Shown: one piece after another, positions 48,401-62,295 of the stretch
Layout of the letters: the number at the start of each line of letters is the position of its first letter
Numbering within the stretch: the stretch's first letter is position 1
NCBI RefSeq assembly: GCF_964204645.1
Contig: NC_134025.1
Location: 14,446,001-14,510,000, forward strand
Direction: 5' to 3'
Length of the DNA: 64,000 nucleotides
Origin: Tubulanus polymorphus
Taxonomy: Eukaryota; Animalia; Nemertea
The notes under the pieces: generated by a model
What the model saw: only the letters and a program-made list of their open reading frames with translations
Database searches by the model: none
What the model was told of the DNA's origin: nothing
Translations under genes and position numbers: made by a program

Positions 48401-49140
48401 TCTTATGCTAAGTTATGTCTTCTTTGTTCTGCTAATGAACTATTTTTATCAATATGCTTAAATAAATACCCACCACCAGTAAATGCTGAAGCGTTAACAA
48501 TTGCTGATCCTATAATAGTTATAATTGCAGATGCCATTTATTTAGTAAAAACATTACGCATTTATATAGGAGGAATATATTTTTGTTTTTCCAAATAATC
48601 AATTGTTTAATTAGATAAAGTTACTGCTAATGTAAATTTCAAAATATCATTTATATCAAATTTATCGACATTAATACTTCCCATTTTAAATACTTTTTTT
48701 AGTACCATTGTATAACCAACAGTTCCAACTGATAGTAATGCTCCATTATATAAACCAGTTATTATCCACTTCTGATCCGCCATTTATTTAGAAAAAAAAT
48801 TACTATCTTCAAAATATTTAGTTATCTTATTTATAATTATTTCAACATTGATAATATTATTAGTTTCATTTTCATATATTTCAGTTATTATTTTTTAAAT
48901 ATCATTAATAATAAAATCTTCATCTAATTCATAAAATCTTAAAGACTCTCTAATTAAATCAGTAATCTTTTCTACATTAAAAGTTTCTTTATTTATTGTT
49001 GTTTCATATTCAAATGTCGTTTCATTAGTAAATGCAATATTTTTATATGAGTTATTACATCATTAATATCAAATTTCATTTCTTTCTCACGTTTAAAATC
49101 AAATCCAAAACATATACTCTGTCCAACAGTTATATTCATT
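45499..49140 (-). pseudogene. Decayed structural/membrane gene block of copy 3 (six genes, same order as copy 1)
   Basis: ORF fragments 45499-45705, 45986-46234, 46400-46990, 47043-47372 and 48095-48352 match copy 1 genes. Confidence 0.8.
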
Positions 49141-49155
49141 TATATAATGAAAAAA

Positions 49156-49923
49156 TTACTCTCTACATCTTGTAACTAATTCATGAATTACAGGAAAACT
49201 ATTCAAATCAATTAAGTATCCATTATGATTTCTAATTTCTAACTTATTTCTAACTAAATTATTAAATTGTGAAATACAGGGCTTAAAATCACATTCAGCT
49301 AAATTATGATTTAATTGTGTTCCAAATTGCTTAACATTTTTTAATGGTAAAATATTCAATAAACTAAAATTACATGTTATATCTTTAGTTGCTTCGAATG
49401 TTTTAGTAGCATCAATTAAATTGCAATAAATATAAAAGTGTGTGTAAGGTATTAAGTTTGGTGTAGCATCAACATCTGAATAAATTTTATCTGGTGTAAT
49501 TCCTAATAGTTTAGCTATAGGTTTTTTAACTAAAAATTGATATTTTTCGTCATTAGTTAACCTTATTTTTATTTTATCAGAACTATCACTTTTTGAAAAT
49601 CTAATATTAAATCCGGAATCACTACCTAATTTTTCCAAGGCTTTTCTATTAATTTCTTGAGATAATGTATCTAAATCATATAACCCTGGTTTTAGAAATA
49701 GAGGATACCATTTACTTTAATTTTTGTTAATAACTGCTAAACCTCTATGATCAATAGTTTTATCTGATATATTATAACAAGAATTACATAAACTAATATT
49801 TACTAATTTTAAATCTACACAGTTCTTAAATTCTCTATCTAATTGTACTAGTAAATTATGTGATTCATAATTTAACAGTTTTCTAGAATCAACAAATATT
49901 CTATATTCTTTTAATTCAACCAT
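49156..49923 (-). pseudogene. Minor capsid protein of copy 3 (frameshifted)
   Basis: MVELKEYRIFVDSRK...HFYIYCNLID...LEIRNHNGYLIDLNSFPVIHELV. Confidence 0.78.
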
Positions 49924-49991
49924 TATTTATAACACAAAAAAATTACCTCGAACCATTAAAAATTGATCTTAATAAAATTTTTCCTAAATCA

Positions 49992-51290
49992 ATGGATGAG
50001 AAGATAGGATGTGAAATTTGTGGTGAACTTCAAAGAAATAGTAATATGGCTCGACATATGAAAAAACATGATGAAAACTATAAACCCCCTAAAATAAACT
50101 GCCCAAATTGTAATAAATTATTCTCAAGGAATCATGTTAAAAAACATTCAGAGAAGTGTAAATTTAATGACTCAACTGTTAATGTTGATAGTAACGAAAG
50201 TAATAATAATTCTGTTGAAACTGAACCTGAAATTATTTGGAAACCTATTATTCTATGATAAGAATAATATAAAAGATAATTTCTGTGAGCATTGTCGAAC
50301 AAAATATAGCCCTGAAAATATAGAAGATTAGGAAAATCATCAATTTCGTAAAGCACATATAGATAAAATTTCTAATAAATTTGAAGCAGAATTCAATGAA
50401 AGAAAAAATAGTATATTAGAAAGCATAAAATATGAGAAAACGTTACCACATAATGAAGAAACACTTGAAAAGTTGGAAAAACAATATAATGAATTAGTAA
50501 GAAAAACATATTATTGCAAATATTGTAAATTGATTATTACAACAAGTAATTCAAATCTACATAATAAAACAATAAAACATAAAGAAAACGTAAAAAAATA
50601 CCAAGAACTTAATGAAGATCTATTGCCAAGATATGATAGAAAAACATTTATTTATGTGTACTTAAGACTAGAAGATTCTGTGATATTTTGTAATGATTGT
50701 GGATGGCAAAGAAATTAATGGGGTGATGAACAAACTAGAGATATTCTTATAGAACCAAAATTAAAATATCTAGATGAAGTTTTTAAGATATTTTCTATGG
50801 AAGATCATACACCAGAATATAAGCAATGGCTTGAAAAAATGAAAATGATAGAACATAAAAATGGTGAAATAACTAAAAAAGATATAATGAAAACAATTAT
50901 TCCATCAACATTTAACACAAAAGAAAAGAAAATGTATTTATATTTATTATTTAACGATTATTATAAAAAACCTAAATTAACAGAAGAAGATATGGAAAAT
51001 ATAAAAGAAACATTCACAAACATATTAAATTATTATGTGGATAATAAAATAACAGATTCAATTAATTATGAATTCTGTTTAAATAAGATTGTAAATTTTT
51101 TAAACATCGATATTATAATTCCATTTGATGGAATAATGAACAATTAGAAACAAAGAGAGCGAGATGAAATGTGGAATAATATAGAATTTTATTTAAAAGA
51201 GAAAAATGAAATGGAAGAACCTGAACAATTGAATAAAAATGATGAAACCAGTAGTGATTTCGAGTATGATGATATTGATTTTCTTTTTTA
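49992..51290 (+). pseudogene. Multi-zinc-finger accessory protein of copy 3 (several stops)
   Basis: CEIC..HMKKH, CPNC..HSEKC, CEHC.., CKYC..HNKTIKH across ORFs 49992, 50473 and 50797. Confidence 0.6.
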
Positions 51291-53789
51291 ATGGCAATAA
51301 GGTAATGATTTTATTTCATCACCCAAAATATATCTTTTATCATCGAACGGATTTAAACTAGTTTTTTCAACTTCATTAATGTACATCTCGTGATCTTCTG
51401 ATCTTAAACAATTCATTTTATGTTTCATTACAATTGAGTTATATAAACACTTTATATAATCTTCAAATTCTATGTGTTTATCAACCACATGTTTTGGTAT
51501 TCCTTTTAACTTTTTAGCTTCATGATCTTTTGTTCGATACCTATACATTTTACTTCTTATCCCAACAAATTTTCAATCATTTCATCGCCCCCTAATCACC
51601 ATATAGATTATTTGCATCAATATACAATAATTTATATTCATCATTTGCTTTAAAATGTCTATCTCCCATAACACCACTAATTCCACCTCTAATTGATTTT
51701 TCAAATAATAAAACCATGTCTGGTTCTTTTAATAAATCCAATTCTACATTTGTATATTATAAACCACATTGCCAGGTTAAACCAGGACTTGAATAACAAT
51801 AACAAGGATTAACATTAAAATGATTTAAATTAACTTCTCTAAATTTTTCAAATATGTCAGCCAATATCATAACATCTGATTTTAAGTATAAATCTACTAA
51901 TTCACCATGATTTTTTATCTTAAAATGATTCCAAATATTTAATGTTCTATTAAACATCTTTCACATACTCCTCTTTTAATTGATCATGAAATTGTTCTTT
52001 TGATAATTCTGTTACATAAAAATCATCATGTGTTTTATAAAATGAATAAGGAATTGCACCTTTAAATCTCAATAATTTAAAATCTTGTTCATTTGGATAA
52101 TAATGTCGAGTTATCATAAAATCATTATCAACTAAACTTTTTGCTAAATTATCTAATGAACTTGCTACAAATCTATAAGAATCTAAAAATCTAATGCAAC
52201 CAAATTGAAATGAAATATAATTTTCAGATGTCTTAGCTAATAGTTTAAAATCATATTTTCTTACATTTGCACCATTCATAGCATTATATTCGTCTATTTC
52301 TTGATTAATTGCGCCCAATTTTCCTGATAATTGTTTTATAAATAGATGGGTATCATAGCCTGATAAATTATGAAATAATATTGGTACGAAAATAACTATC
52401 TTAGCTTGTAAATCGCAATCTTCATGAGCAGCTCCACGATATTTTGAATTTAAATGATCACGATCTCTTAACCTTTTTATCAAATGAATAAAAACGTTTT
52501 TCACAGTAACAACAATGAGTTGCATAATTAAAATCAATTTCATCTTCTTTAGTCATAACTATTCTTTCATTTTTGTTTAATAATTGCGCAAAATCACTTT
52601 CTAATTCTATAATTTTATTACAAAATTCATTTACAACATTTCCACCACTAAAAGAAATATATTGACTTTGATATAATTCAGGATAATTTGATTTTATATA
52701 AATTCCATAAGCAGCAGCTCTTTGATGAACTTTTTTAATTGTGTTTATAATTGGTGGGTCTTGAATTATGTCTTCATTTAATTCATTTCCTTTATCCATT
52801 GATTTTGAAAATTGCTTTTTATTGTATATTTCTTTTCTATCTTGATCAGTTAATTCTTTATTCAACGATACAAAATCCCCATAAATTAAAATGGAACAAT
52901 ATTTTTAAATTCATGATTAGTAAATTTCAACTTACAATCTTTTTTTGTTGGCATTATTAATTTGTAAAAATCTTTATTATCACATAATACTAAATATTCA
53001 AATCTAAAAATATAATTTCGTTCAATGTTAAACCAGAACCCTCAAAATATATTTCCTCAATATGACGTTTAAATTCATTAAATATTTTTTCTAACTTCTC
53101 TTTTATTTGTGTTTTTGAAATTATTTCTTCAGAGTGTGTTTGAATATTATAATCCATGTTTTCTTCTGATTTCATAAAACTTACTTCCCAGAAATACTAA
53201 TTTTTGGATATTCAACATCTGTAATAAAGTCCATTATTTTTTCCATTATTTCAATAAATTTACTATAATCTTCTATTGTTGTACCTTTAAATAATCTAAA
53301 TATAATAGCTGCAGGACCAATTTTACCACGTAATGTTTCTAAAATTTCAATTGTATCTTTTATTTCTAGTGAATCGATATAATTTCTAACATTTTCCATG
53401 TAAGGTTTATTTGAAATAGATTTAGTTTTTGAAGCTGGTTTTTTTACTTGTTGATGTTTATCATCAAAATAATCTGTTCCTAAAACATTATTACTTGAAT
53501 TTTGTTTGTGTTTTTGTGATTCGAGATGTCTTTTATAATTCATTTTTGCTATAAATTCATTACAAATTTTATTTCATCCACATTCATATTTTCTAATCGT
53601 TCTTTTCTTTCATTGGAATTTTCTGGAGTTTCAAAATCTATAACATTTTTTTATGATTTGCAGATTTTTCATGATGAGATTTATTAAATTTATCAATGTA
53701 TTTTTTACAATATGTACAATGATATTGATTTTCATTAACATCATCTTTAATTCTTGACTAACGTTATTCAAACTTAGTATGGGGGACAT
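51288..53789 (-). pseudogene. pPolB of copy 3, divergent, with large internal deletions
   Basis: FHNLSGYD, YLKSDV, YIDANNLYG, LNPFDDKRY; motifs B/C and the vOTU region are deleted. Confidence 0.9.
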
Positions 53790-55960
53790 TCTTTTAGCAA
53801 GTTCCAGATGTGGCCACCAGGGGGTCTCCGTAAATTGATTCCGAGCGATTTCTTTATAAACAGCCACCAGGGGGCTTTGTTGAAAAATCACGTAAGCGTG
53901 ATAGAGCCTTGCATTATTCTCTACAAGATTCGTCAACCTCTCTCTCTTGAATTAAATTCCTTGCCGTTGCTGGCTAGATATACATCTGCTATGTTGTTAT
54001 TCATTTTTCCTCAAATGCTGTTCACTCATCAGAGTGGGGGCATTGTACCACCTCATGTATGTATGAATGTATGTATGTATGTATGTATATATAAATATAT
54101 ATATATATACACGTACTTGAGTGAAGATTGTAACTCGTAAGTCGCAAGCCACACTTTTGTTGCCTCACGTATAAAAACATAAAACATATATGTATTTATA
54201 AAATTTCACGTACTTTTCCATAACGGAATAAAAATTAATAAAAAAGCATCATAAAAAATTACGTAATCCACATAAGTGAGAACTCAAACCCAAAGATTTC
54301 GAAGCGTCATGCTAAGGTTTAGGAAATCATCAAATCTTTGATCATAATCGCAGTTTTGAAAAACTAAACCATATCCATAACCCAGATGTTACTCCCCAAT
54401 ATTTTAACGATGCGTTAAAACGAAAAACATTTAACATGCGTTAAAACGAAAAAATGGTTTTAACGTAGCATTAAAACGAAAAACTGGTTTTAACGCATCG
54501 TTAAAACCAAAATTTCGTTTTAACGATGCGTTAAAACGAAAAACTGGTTTTAACGATGCGTTAAAACCAAAATTTCGTTTTAACGATGCGTTAAAACGAA
54601 AAACTGGTTTTAACGATGCGTTAAAACGAAAAACCGGTTTTAACGTAGCGTTAAAACCAAAATTTCGTTTTAACGATGCGTTAAAACGAAAAAATGTGGC
54701 CCGAATCAGCCACCATAGATATGGGAACTCTGAAACTATTATTACTCTTATATGCTGATGACACGGTAGTGCTGGCAGATTCTCCTGACTCGATAATGTT
54801 TATATCTATTGTGAAACCAAACATATTAGGTAAATTATGATAAAACAAAAATAGTTATATTTAGGAAATCTGCTAACACTCGGTTATATAAATGGACAAT
54901 CAACAGTCGAGTACTTGAATGTGTGAGTCATTTCAAATACCTAGGCTTGGTATTTAATTTTAATGGAAAATTTACTCCTTACTTTCTTTTAGCAAGTTCC
55001 AGATGTGGCCACCAGGGGTTCTCCGTAAATTGATTCCGAGCGATTTCTTTATAAACGGCCACCAGGGGCTTTGTTGAAAAATCACGTAAGCGTGATAGAG
55101 CCTTGCATTATTCTCTACAAGATTCGTCAACCTCTCTCTCTTGAATTAAATTCCTTGCCGTTGCTGGCTAGATATACATCTGCTATGTTGTTATTCATTT
55201 TTCCTCAAATGCTGTTCACTCATCAGAGTGGGGGCATTGTACCACCTCATGTATGTATGAATGTATGTATGTATGTATGTATGTATGTATATATAAATGT
55301 ATATATATATATATACACGTACTTGAGTGAAGATTGTAACTTGTAAGTCGCAAGCCACACTTTTGTTGCCTCACTTATAAAAACATAAAACATATATGTA
55401 TTTATAAAATTTCACGTACTTTTCCATAACGGAATAAAATTAATAAAAAAGCATCATAAAAAATTACGTAATCCACATAAGTGAGAACGTAGCGTTAAAA
55501 CCAAAATTTCGTTTTAACGATGCGTTAAAACGAAAAACTGGTTTTAACGTAGCGTTAAAACCAAAATTTCGTTTTAACGATGCGTTAAAACGAAAAAATG
55601 GTTTTAACGATGCGTTAAAACGAAAAATGTAGAATTAGAAAAAAATTGGTGGAGACTGAGTGTCATCTTAATTTTTTTTTAATGTGGCCCGAATCAGCCA
55701 CCATAGATATGGGAACTCTGAAACTATTATTACTCTTATATGCTGATGACACGGTAGTGCTGGCAGATTCTCCTGACTCGATAATGTTTATATCTATTGT
55801 GAAACCAAACATATTAAGATAAATTATGATAAAACAAAAATAGTTATATTTAGGAAATCTGCTAACACTCGGCTATATAAATTGACAATCAACAGTCGAG
55901 TACTTGTGTGAGTCATTTCAAATACCTAGGCTTGGTATTTAATTTTAATGGAAAATTTAC
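53790..55960. repeat. Tandem segmental duplication (~53790-54975 and ~54985-55960) of a composite of non-autonomous repeats plus a LINE RT fragment
   Basis: Near-identical blocks starting TCTTTTAGCAAGTTCCAGATG, each followed by the palindromic minisatellite and the YADD fragment. Confidence 0.9.
54402..54693. repeat. ~30-bp palindromic minisatellite (GTTTTAACG-ATG-CGTTAAAAC); second array at ~55487-55628
   Basis: Directly visible; ~10 units and ~5 units. Confidence 0.93.
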
Positions 55961-57017
55961 TAAAACTATAGACTCGCTAGCAAATAATGGACTAGCAGCG
56001 TATTTCACATTTTGCAAATATCTTTTACGCTACCCAAACATAACAACACCCTTAGCACTCAAGTTCTTTAACGCCATTGTTGTACCGCTCTTTAACTATG
56101 GATGTCAAATATGGGGGTTTCAGGTAGAGAAGAAATTGGAGCGCATTGTTCTTAAATTCTATAAATCTCTACTGGGTGTAAAACAGACCACATCGGACTT
56201 TTTTGTCTATGGGGAATTAGGTGAATATCCACTGTTTATTAACCAGCGACTACAGGTACTGAAATACTGGCTAAAGATCACTAAATCAAAACCTGAAAAA
56301 TTTTCAAAAAGAGTTTATGATTTCATGTTCACCGAATGTCAAGGTTCACTTCACATAGTAAATTGGGCATCAAAAGTTAGGGATCTGTTGAATAGCATGG
56401 GATACGGCGAATTCTGGATTAATCAGAGGGTTGAAAACGAATTGTGGTTTATCCGTTCAGTCGAACAACGTATGAAAGATATTTATTGTCAAAATTGGTT
56501 TAATGCAATATCTACGTCTAATAAAGCGTTATACTATCGGGACTATAAAATGACTATCATGTATGAGCCATATCTGGACATGTCAAAATTTATTAGAACT
56601 ACTATAGCAAGATTTAGGTGTTCAAGTCATGATTTATAAGTGGAGACTGGTAGATGGACGAGACCCCCATTACCGTATGCTCACCGCACATGCTCCCGGT
56701 GTAATATTAATGCAGTTGAAGACGAATATCATATCGTTTTGATATGTCCCTTTTATGATAACCTTAGGTTAGAATATATCAACTCGAGATACTGGAACAA
56801 CCCAAATACAGCGAAATTTTCTATTCTAATGCGTAATAACAATGATTTTTCAAACCTTTCGAAATTCCTTAAGAAAGTTTATATACTCAGGCAACCTTAA
56901 CTTATTATGTAATCCACAATCATATGTATCAATGATTGTTCTATGTTATATTGTTTCCCGCCATTTATGCTTGTATATCGATTTTTGTCATAAAAGTTTA
57001 TAACTTTGGCAATAAAT
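55708..57017 (+). mobile_element. 5'-truncated non-LTR retrotransposon (RT C-terminal half and Cys/His tail)
   Basis: LLLYADDTVVLA, KTKIVIF, FKYLG, YGCQIWG, ARFRCSSH, CSRC...EDEYHIVLICP; AATAAA plus microsatellite tail. Confidence 0.88.
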
Positions 57018-57023
57018 ACATAC

Positions 57024-57027
<4 letters not shown>

Positions 57028-57055
<28 letters not shown>

Positions 57056-57060
57056 GTGTG

Positions 57061-57092
<32 letters not shown>

Positions 57093-57314
57093 TGCGTGCG
57101 TAAGTATGTATGTATGCGTGCGTGCGTGCGTGCGTGCGTAAGTATGTATGTATGTATGTATGTATATGTATATATGTATATATGTATATATGTATATATA
57201 TATATACATACATACATGCATACATACACATGCATACATACGCATGCATGCAATCATGCATGCATACATACATGCATACATACATGCATACATACACACA
57301 TATATATATATATA
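57028..57314. repeat. Compound microsatellite (GTAT/GT/GCGT/TA/CATA/GCAT)
   Basis: Directly visible. Confidence 0.96.
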
Positions 57315-57572
57315 ATGGTACATTTAGTCTTCCGACATTTAGTCTTTGTACATTTACTTTCCATCCAATTAGTCTTCCAAATTGGGACATTTAGTCTTCC
57401 TTCTAGGGAGGTACAGTTAGTGGAAGCCTGAAACCTGGGGTTTATTATCTTAAAATACTGATAATATGGCTGAATTCTCTTCACAATTTTCTTGTTACCA
57501 AAAATATATCTGAGGACAACAACAGATTAGTTGCTCTTTAGGAACTGCATAATTTGATAAGCTAGTGGGAAC

Positions 57573-57940
57573 TAATGATTTCAGTTCACAATCATGTAGG
57601 GTTATTGTTAAAAGAGGCTAGATTAAAGGGAACTAATTAATTAATTGATTAGTTATTCTTTAATCTAAGGAAACAATACATATACCCTAAACAGGCCAAT
57701 GAGTACTAATGATTTCAGTTCACATGTAGGGTTATTGTTAAAAGAGGCTAGATTAAAGGGAACTAATTAATTAATTAATTAGTTATTCCTTAATCTAAGG
57801 AAACAATACATATAGCCTAAACAGGCCAATGAGTACTAATGATTTCAGTTCACATGTAGGGTTATTGTTAAAAGAGGCTAGATTAAAGGGAACTAATTAA
57901 TTATTAATTAGTTATTCTTTAATCTAATGAAACAATACGT
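57573..57940. repeat. ~120-130-bp tandem repeat x3 inside the MULE
   Basis: ACTAATGATTTCAGTTCAC...GGGTTATTGTTAAAAGAGGCTAG repeated at 57573, 57705 and 57835. Confidence 0.9.
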
Positions 57941-58939
57941 ATGAATATCACATTTTTATCAATGTGGAAATTACTGAGAAAAACTTATTTAGATAACTCG
58001 AGTATGGATAACTAATCTCAAAAGTCTTTCTCTAGAAAACTATTAGAACTTAATAACTATATATAGATAACTTTATTATTTTAACTAAAATCTAAACCTG
58101 AAATGATAGATTATTGATATCAATATTTTAAACTAGTCATGGTTATGTTATATGTTTACTTGGCAACCATTCTAACTGATCTTAAGAACATTTAACGCCC
58201 ATCTTTAAGATGGGTAGGTGCAAATCAAACCATGGCTACATGAGAAACATTTTTAACCCTGTCACCTAAACTAATATTAATCACCAAACGAACCAGACAC
58301 CAATAGGCCTCAACAGGCCTCCATTCGTCCGTGATATTGATGATGATGATGATGACGATTTAATCTAAGGAAACATTAATAAATTTATTGATAAATAGAT
58401 CTTTAATCTAAAGGAAGAGTTAAATAGCTAGCAAGTGCAAATCATATTTAGCAAATATCCCCTTTAGAATATCCATATCCAAAATAACAAAAGCTTGTCT
58501 TCAAACTCTATTTTGAAGACTTTGGGATGATACGTGCGTGGAGGAACTACAGCAAGGATTTACAAAGAAGATTTTAATTCTGGAACCCCCAAAAAATAAA
58601 CTTAGGAAAACTCAATTTCATTTCTTATTTTTTCCCTTTTGCTTTTTAAAAATTTACTTTACATGTTATTGCTTCGCGGATAATAGCACAATATGCAAGC
58701 GCAAAGACTGTTCATGCATTATAATCAATTGATCGATTAATTAACTATTGGATAGGCTTAAATAAATAAATGTGATAAGATGTTCACGTACCTAATTGAT
58801 AACTAATGAAGTGACGATAACTCAGACAATTTTCTTGCTTTTGATCATCATTCAATCAGTAATTTATCAGCAATTAGGCCCTACTGAATCATATATAAGG
58901 GGCTATTTTCAAGTTTCATTTAGTCCAATATTAAACTCC

Positions 58940-60393
58940 ATGCTTAAAGGACAGCTCTCAGAAGATGGAAATAATTGAAAGTACCCGAGGTGGCCAGAAG
59001 TTGTGTTACAGTGGTTACATGTATACAAAGCAATACACCAAAAAAGTATTCGCTGGGTGAGTGTAAAAAGAAATGATGGCTGTAAAGGAAGCTTAATGAC
59101 GAGTAAAGAAATCACTGGATCTAGAGAAACCGCAGAACATAGTCATCGTAGAGATATGACAGAAATTGAAGTAAATAAAGCAAGATTTCAAATGAAGAAA
59201 CGAGCTGAAAATACGAGAGAAATTCCAATTCAAATACATTCAGAAATAATTTCAAGATTTAACAACCCAGATGTACAAAGCCGATTACCTCACGCTGATA
59301 CATGCAAGAAAGTAATGCAAAGAGTTCGACGAGAGAAATATCCAAAAGATCCTGCAACCCATGACGAGCTGTTCATTACAGATACATGGTCTCTAACCCG
59401 AGAGGATGGAGAAGAATTCCTGATGTACGATAACGCGAGCACAACATCAAGAACCTAGATTTTTGCAACAGACATATGTTTGAAAAAACTCTGTGAAGCT
59501 GATACGTGGTTCATGGACCGAAATTTCCAGATGGCACCAACTTTGTTCGAACAGTTGTATATGTAATCCATGTCCCTCTGGCTGATTCTGCTATTTCAAC
59601 CGTTTATGCATTCCTTCAAAGGAAAACTCAGGAAACTTATGAAGAATTTCTCACCGTATTATGTGAAAAGTGCGATGAGAAGGGACTATTTCTCTCGCCG
59701 AAAACTGTTGTGATAGATTTTGAGTTGGCAGTTCTCAATGCAACAAAATCTGTGTTTGGTGATATTGAAATAAGAGGATGCTTCTATCATTTATCCCAGT
59801 GTATATATCGTAAGATTCAAAACCTTGGACTTGCTACTATGTACAGGGACGACAAAGATTTTCAGTTATTCTGTGGAAAGTTAAATGGACTGGCCTTCTT
59901 GCCTGTGGATGATGTTGAATCCGGATACAATCATATACGCGAGACTGCTCCAGAAGAGGCAACTGAGCCTGTTGATTACTTCGGCAGTAACTTTGTTTCA
60001 ACGTACCGTAAAATCCGTGCTCCAGGTGGACTGTTCCGTTTAAAGCGTGTTCCCCCACAGTATCCTCCAAAGACCTGGAACATGCATACTGTTACCATAA
60101 ATTCTGAGGACAGAACAAACAATTTGTCAGAGGCTTGGAACAATAAATTCCGTATATTGGTCGGAACAAAACATCCATCTATCTGGCGTGCTATCGAATG
60201 CTTGCAGCAGGAAAATTGCGTTGTTGAAACTGTTCTGGCACAAATAGAAGCTGGGAATCCACCGAAAAAACGTGTCAAACGAAATTACGTTCAGCTACAA
60301 AATCGGCTGAAAAACCTCTGTGAGCAACATCGCGATGGTAAATCAAGTATAGTTGACTTTTTGCGTCGTGTTGGACGCAACCTGCGAAATTAG
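58940..60393 (+). pseudogene. FLYWCH + MULE DDE transposase (disrupted)
   Basis: RWVSVKRNDGCKGSL...EHSH; WFMD; VVIDFELAV; RGCFYHLSQ; RTNNLSEAWNNKF. Confidence 0.9.
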
Positions 60394-61871
60394 TGGACAA
60401 ATGAATAATGATAACTGTGCTGAAGATTGTGCTTTCTTGTATTATTGTGAATATGTTGCTGCAATATTTTAAATATCTTGTAAATATTGGTTCTTGTAGA
60501 TATGCAACTAAATAAATCATTTAAAAGTGAAGTGAATTTAATTGTTTTTCAATCAAAGTTAGTACTATACCATACAACCATATCAACACTTAGTACAATA
60601 CATACATTAAACAATCTTAACCCATAGACTGAGTCCTATGAGCAGGTAATTAGTTATATCAGGAAGACTAATTGTCTTGGGTTGGTGATATCAAAGAGGA
60701 CTAATTGTCAGAAGACCAAGTGGAAAAGACTTAATGTCCGGGAGACTAAATGTCAGAAGACTAAATGGGTTGATACCGATTCTAGCGTATACGCGGATTT
60801 GTGCGATATGTAATAAGTATCGTAGCGAATAATCAATGAGAAAAGTGTCTACCGTAGCTAGATATGACAATTAAAAATCCCCCAGAATATCTCCTTCAAA
60901 ATACCTTCATCCGTTCAAAAAAGATCCCCTGGTAAAGATTTCCTATGTAGAAATCTAAAAAATCTAAACCCTAAGTAAACATGGTAAACATACCCAGGGT
61001 AAAATCCCCCAAATATTCATACTTGGTGATTGTCAAGAACATTTCAAAGCACGATGTTTCTTGAATTTGCAATGAGACTGAAATATGTTTGAACTTTTAA
61101 ATGAAATTTTTCGTTGCGATAAATTCTTACGGATAGAATAAATTGTAAGAATTAATAAGAGTAAGAAACTTTTATTTGTAATATCTTAAGATTCGAACTG
61201 GAATATTTTTGAACTGCGGACTCTTGTTAACTTGCGGTATATTTCAGCTGTGCGATGCCATGAACTATTAGAAATAACGTACTTTTGATATTAAATATTT
61301 TAGATTCAAGCTAGTGTAATATATTTGAAATGTGCGATGAACCCCTTTACTAAGCTGTGCAATAACTACATGTATATGTACTGATTTAGTAACAATGAAA
61401 CGTTTATTTGTAGTATGTTTTAATTTAAATAGCATAGTTTGTATGAGCATATTGATATCCTTATGGTGTTCGACAGTAAAATATGAATAAATTGGATATA
61501 CGTATCAATAATACGAATTAATTGTCCTTAAGATTGTATCTACTTATAATCCCTTCAAAGGGAGGGGATTACCTACTTTGAAGAATTGGGGATTTTTACC
61601 TAGGGGATTTTTACTCGCTTACTTAGATGTTTTGAATTATTGACTTAGTTATTTTATTAAGTTTAAGTTCATCACTAGTTAGTTTATTCATTGACCACTT
61701 GCATGATAGTTCTTGATATATTCATTATATGCAATGAAATGAAATATAAGTTCATCACATTTCTGGACTCATTAATACCGATTTTAATTGTTTTAAGCCC
61801 CATGAAAAATATGTGATGTCATTAAATTGAAAGCTTAATGTTTTATTAACATTGGCAGTAGTTCTCATAAA

Positions 61872-61991
61872 TTTTCCTTGGCCTTTTTTCCGTGGCCATT
61901 TTTTTCTTGGCCATTTTTTCCTTGGCCATTCTTTTCTGGCCATTTTTTCCTTGGCCATTTTTCCAACATTCTGGGGTTTTTACCGCTAACC
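61872..61991. repeat. 15-bp tandem repeat (TTTTTTCCTTGGCCA) and terminal-like ...TTTTTACCGCTAACC, probable end of a MULE/foldback-type non-autonomous element
   Basis: About six units visible; AAAATCCCC / GGGGATTTT motifs upstream (60870-61615). Confidence 0.55.
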
Positions 61992-62295
61992 CTTAGCAAT
62001 GCACTGTAATGAACAATTTACTTTGTTTTGCTAAATTAACTACTTGTAATCAATTCACTATAGAACTGTGGTCGATCCTAACAAAGAGTCCGGCGTACTA
62101 TTCTAAACTTCAGTGGACAAAAATCTCTTTCTAAAAATTATATTGCTAAGATATTCCTAGTCTTCATCCTTCAGCATGAACTCTAGGCCTGGATATATTT
62201 CGGATTCATTAAATGGTATCATGTGTGATTAGTTACATGTTGTCACTATGGTACCGCAGTGGAGTGAGGAGGGAGGAGTGAGGAGGGAGGAGGGA

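Larger units (their letters stand above)
43360..53789 (-). mobile_element. Polinton-like copy 3, divergent subfamily, inverted and decayed, both ends missing
   Basis: Minus-strand order pPolB - (ZnF gene on +) - mCP - small membrane genes - WQNQL gene - coiled-coil gene - MCP - integrase; many indels. Confidence 0.9.
57317..60777 (+). mobile_element. Mutator-like (MULE) DNA transposon with repeat-containing TIRs
   Basis: Left end has CATTTAGTCTTC repeats; right end has GAAGACTAAATG repeats ending GATACC; internal transposase. Confidence 0.82.

Noticed and set aside
54402-55628. Palindromic ~30-bp repeats resembling a CRISPR array
   Set aside because: No unique spacers, no cas genes, eukaryotic TE context; it is a minisatellite.
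57305-57320. 9-bp TSD for the MULE
   Set aside because: The left flank is microsatellite and does not match the right flank GATTCTAGC; the left TIR looks slightly eroded.
56897-57484. Several overlapping ORFs rich in YVCM/HTYI
   Set aside because: Translations of microsatellites; the same applies to 25030-25242 and the tails of 53808-54140 and 55071-55346.
61755-61958. Basic KKWPR-repeat peptide
   Set aside because: Translation of a 15-bp tandem repeat in a transposon end.
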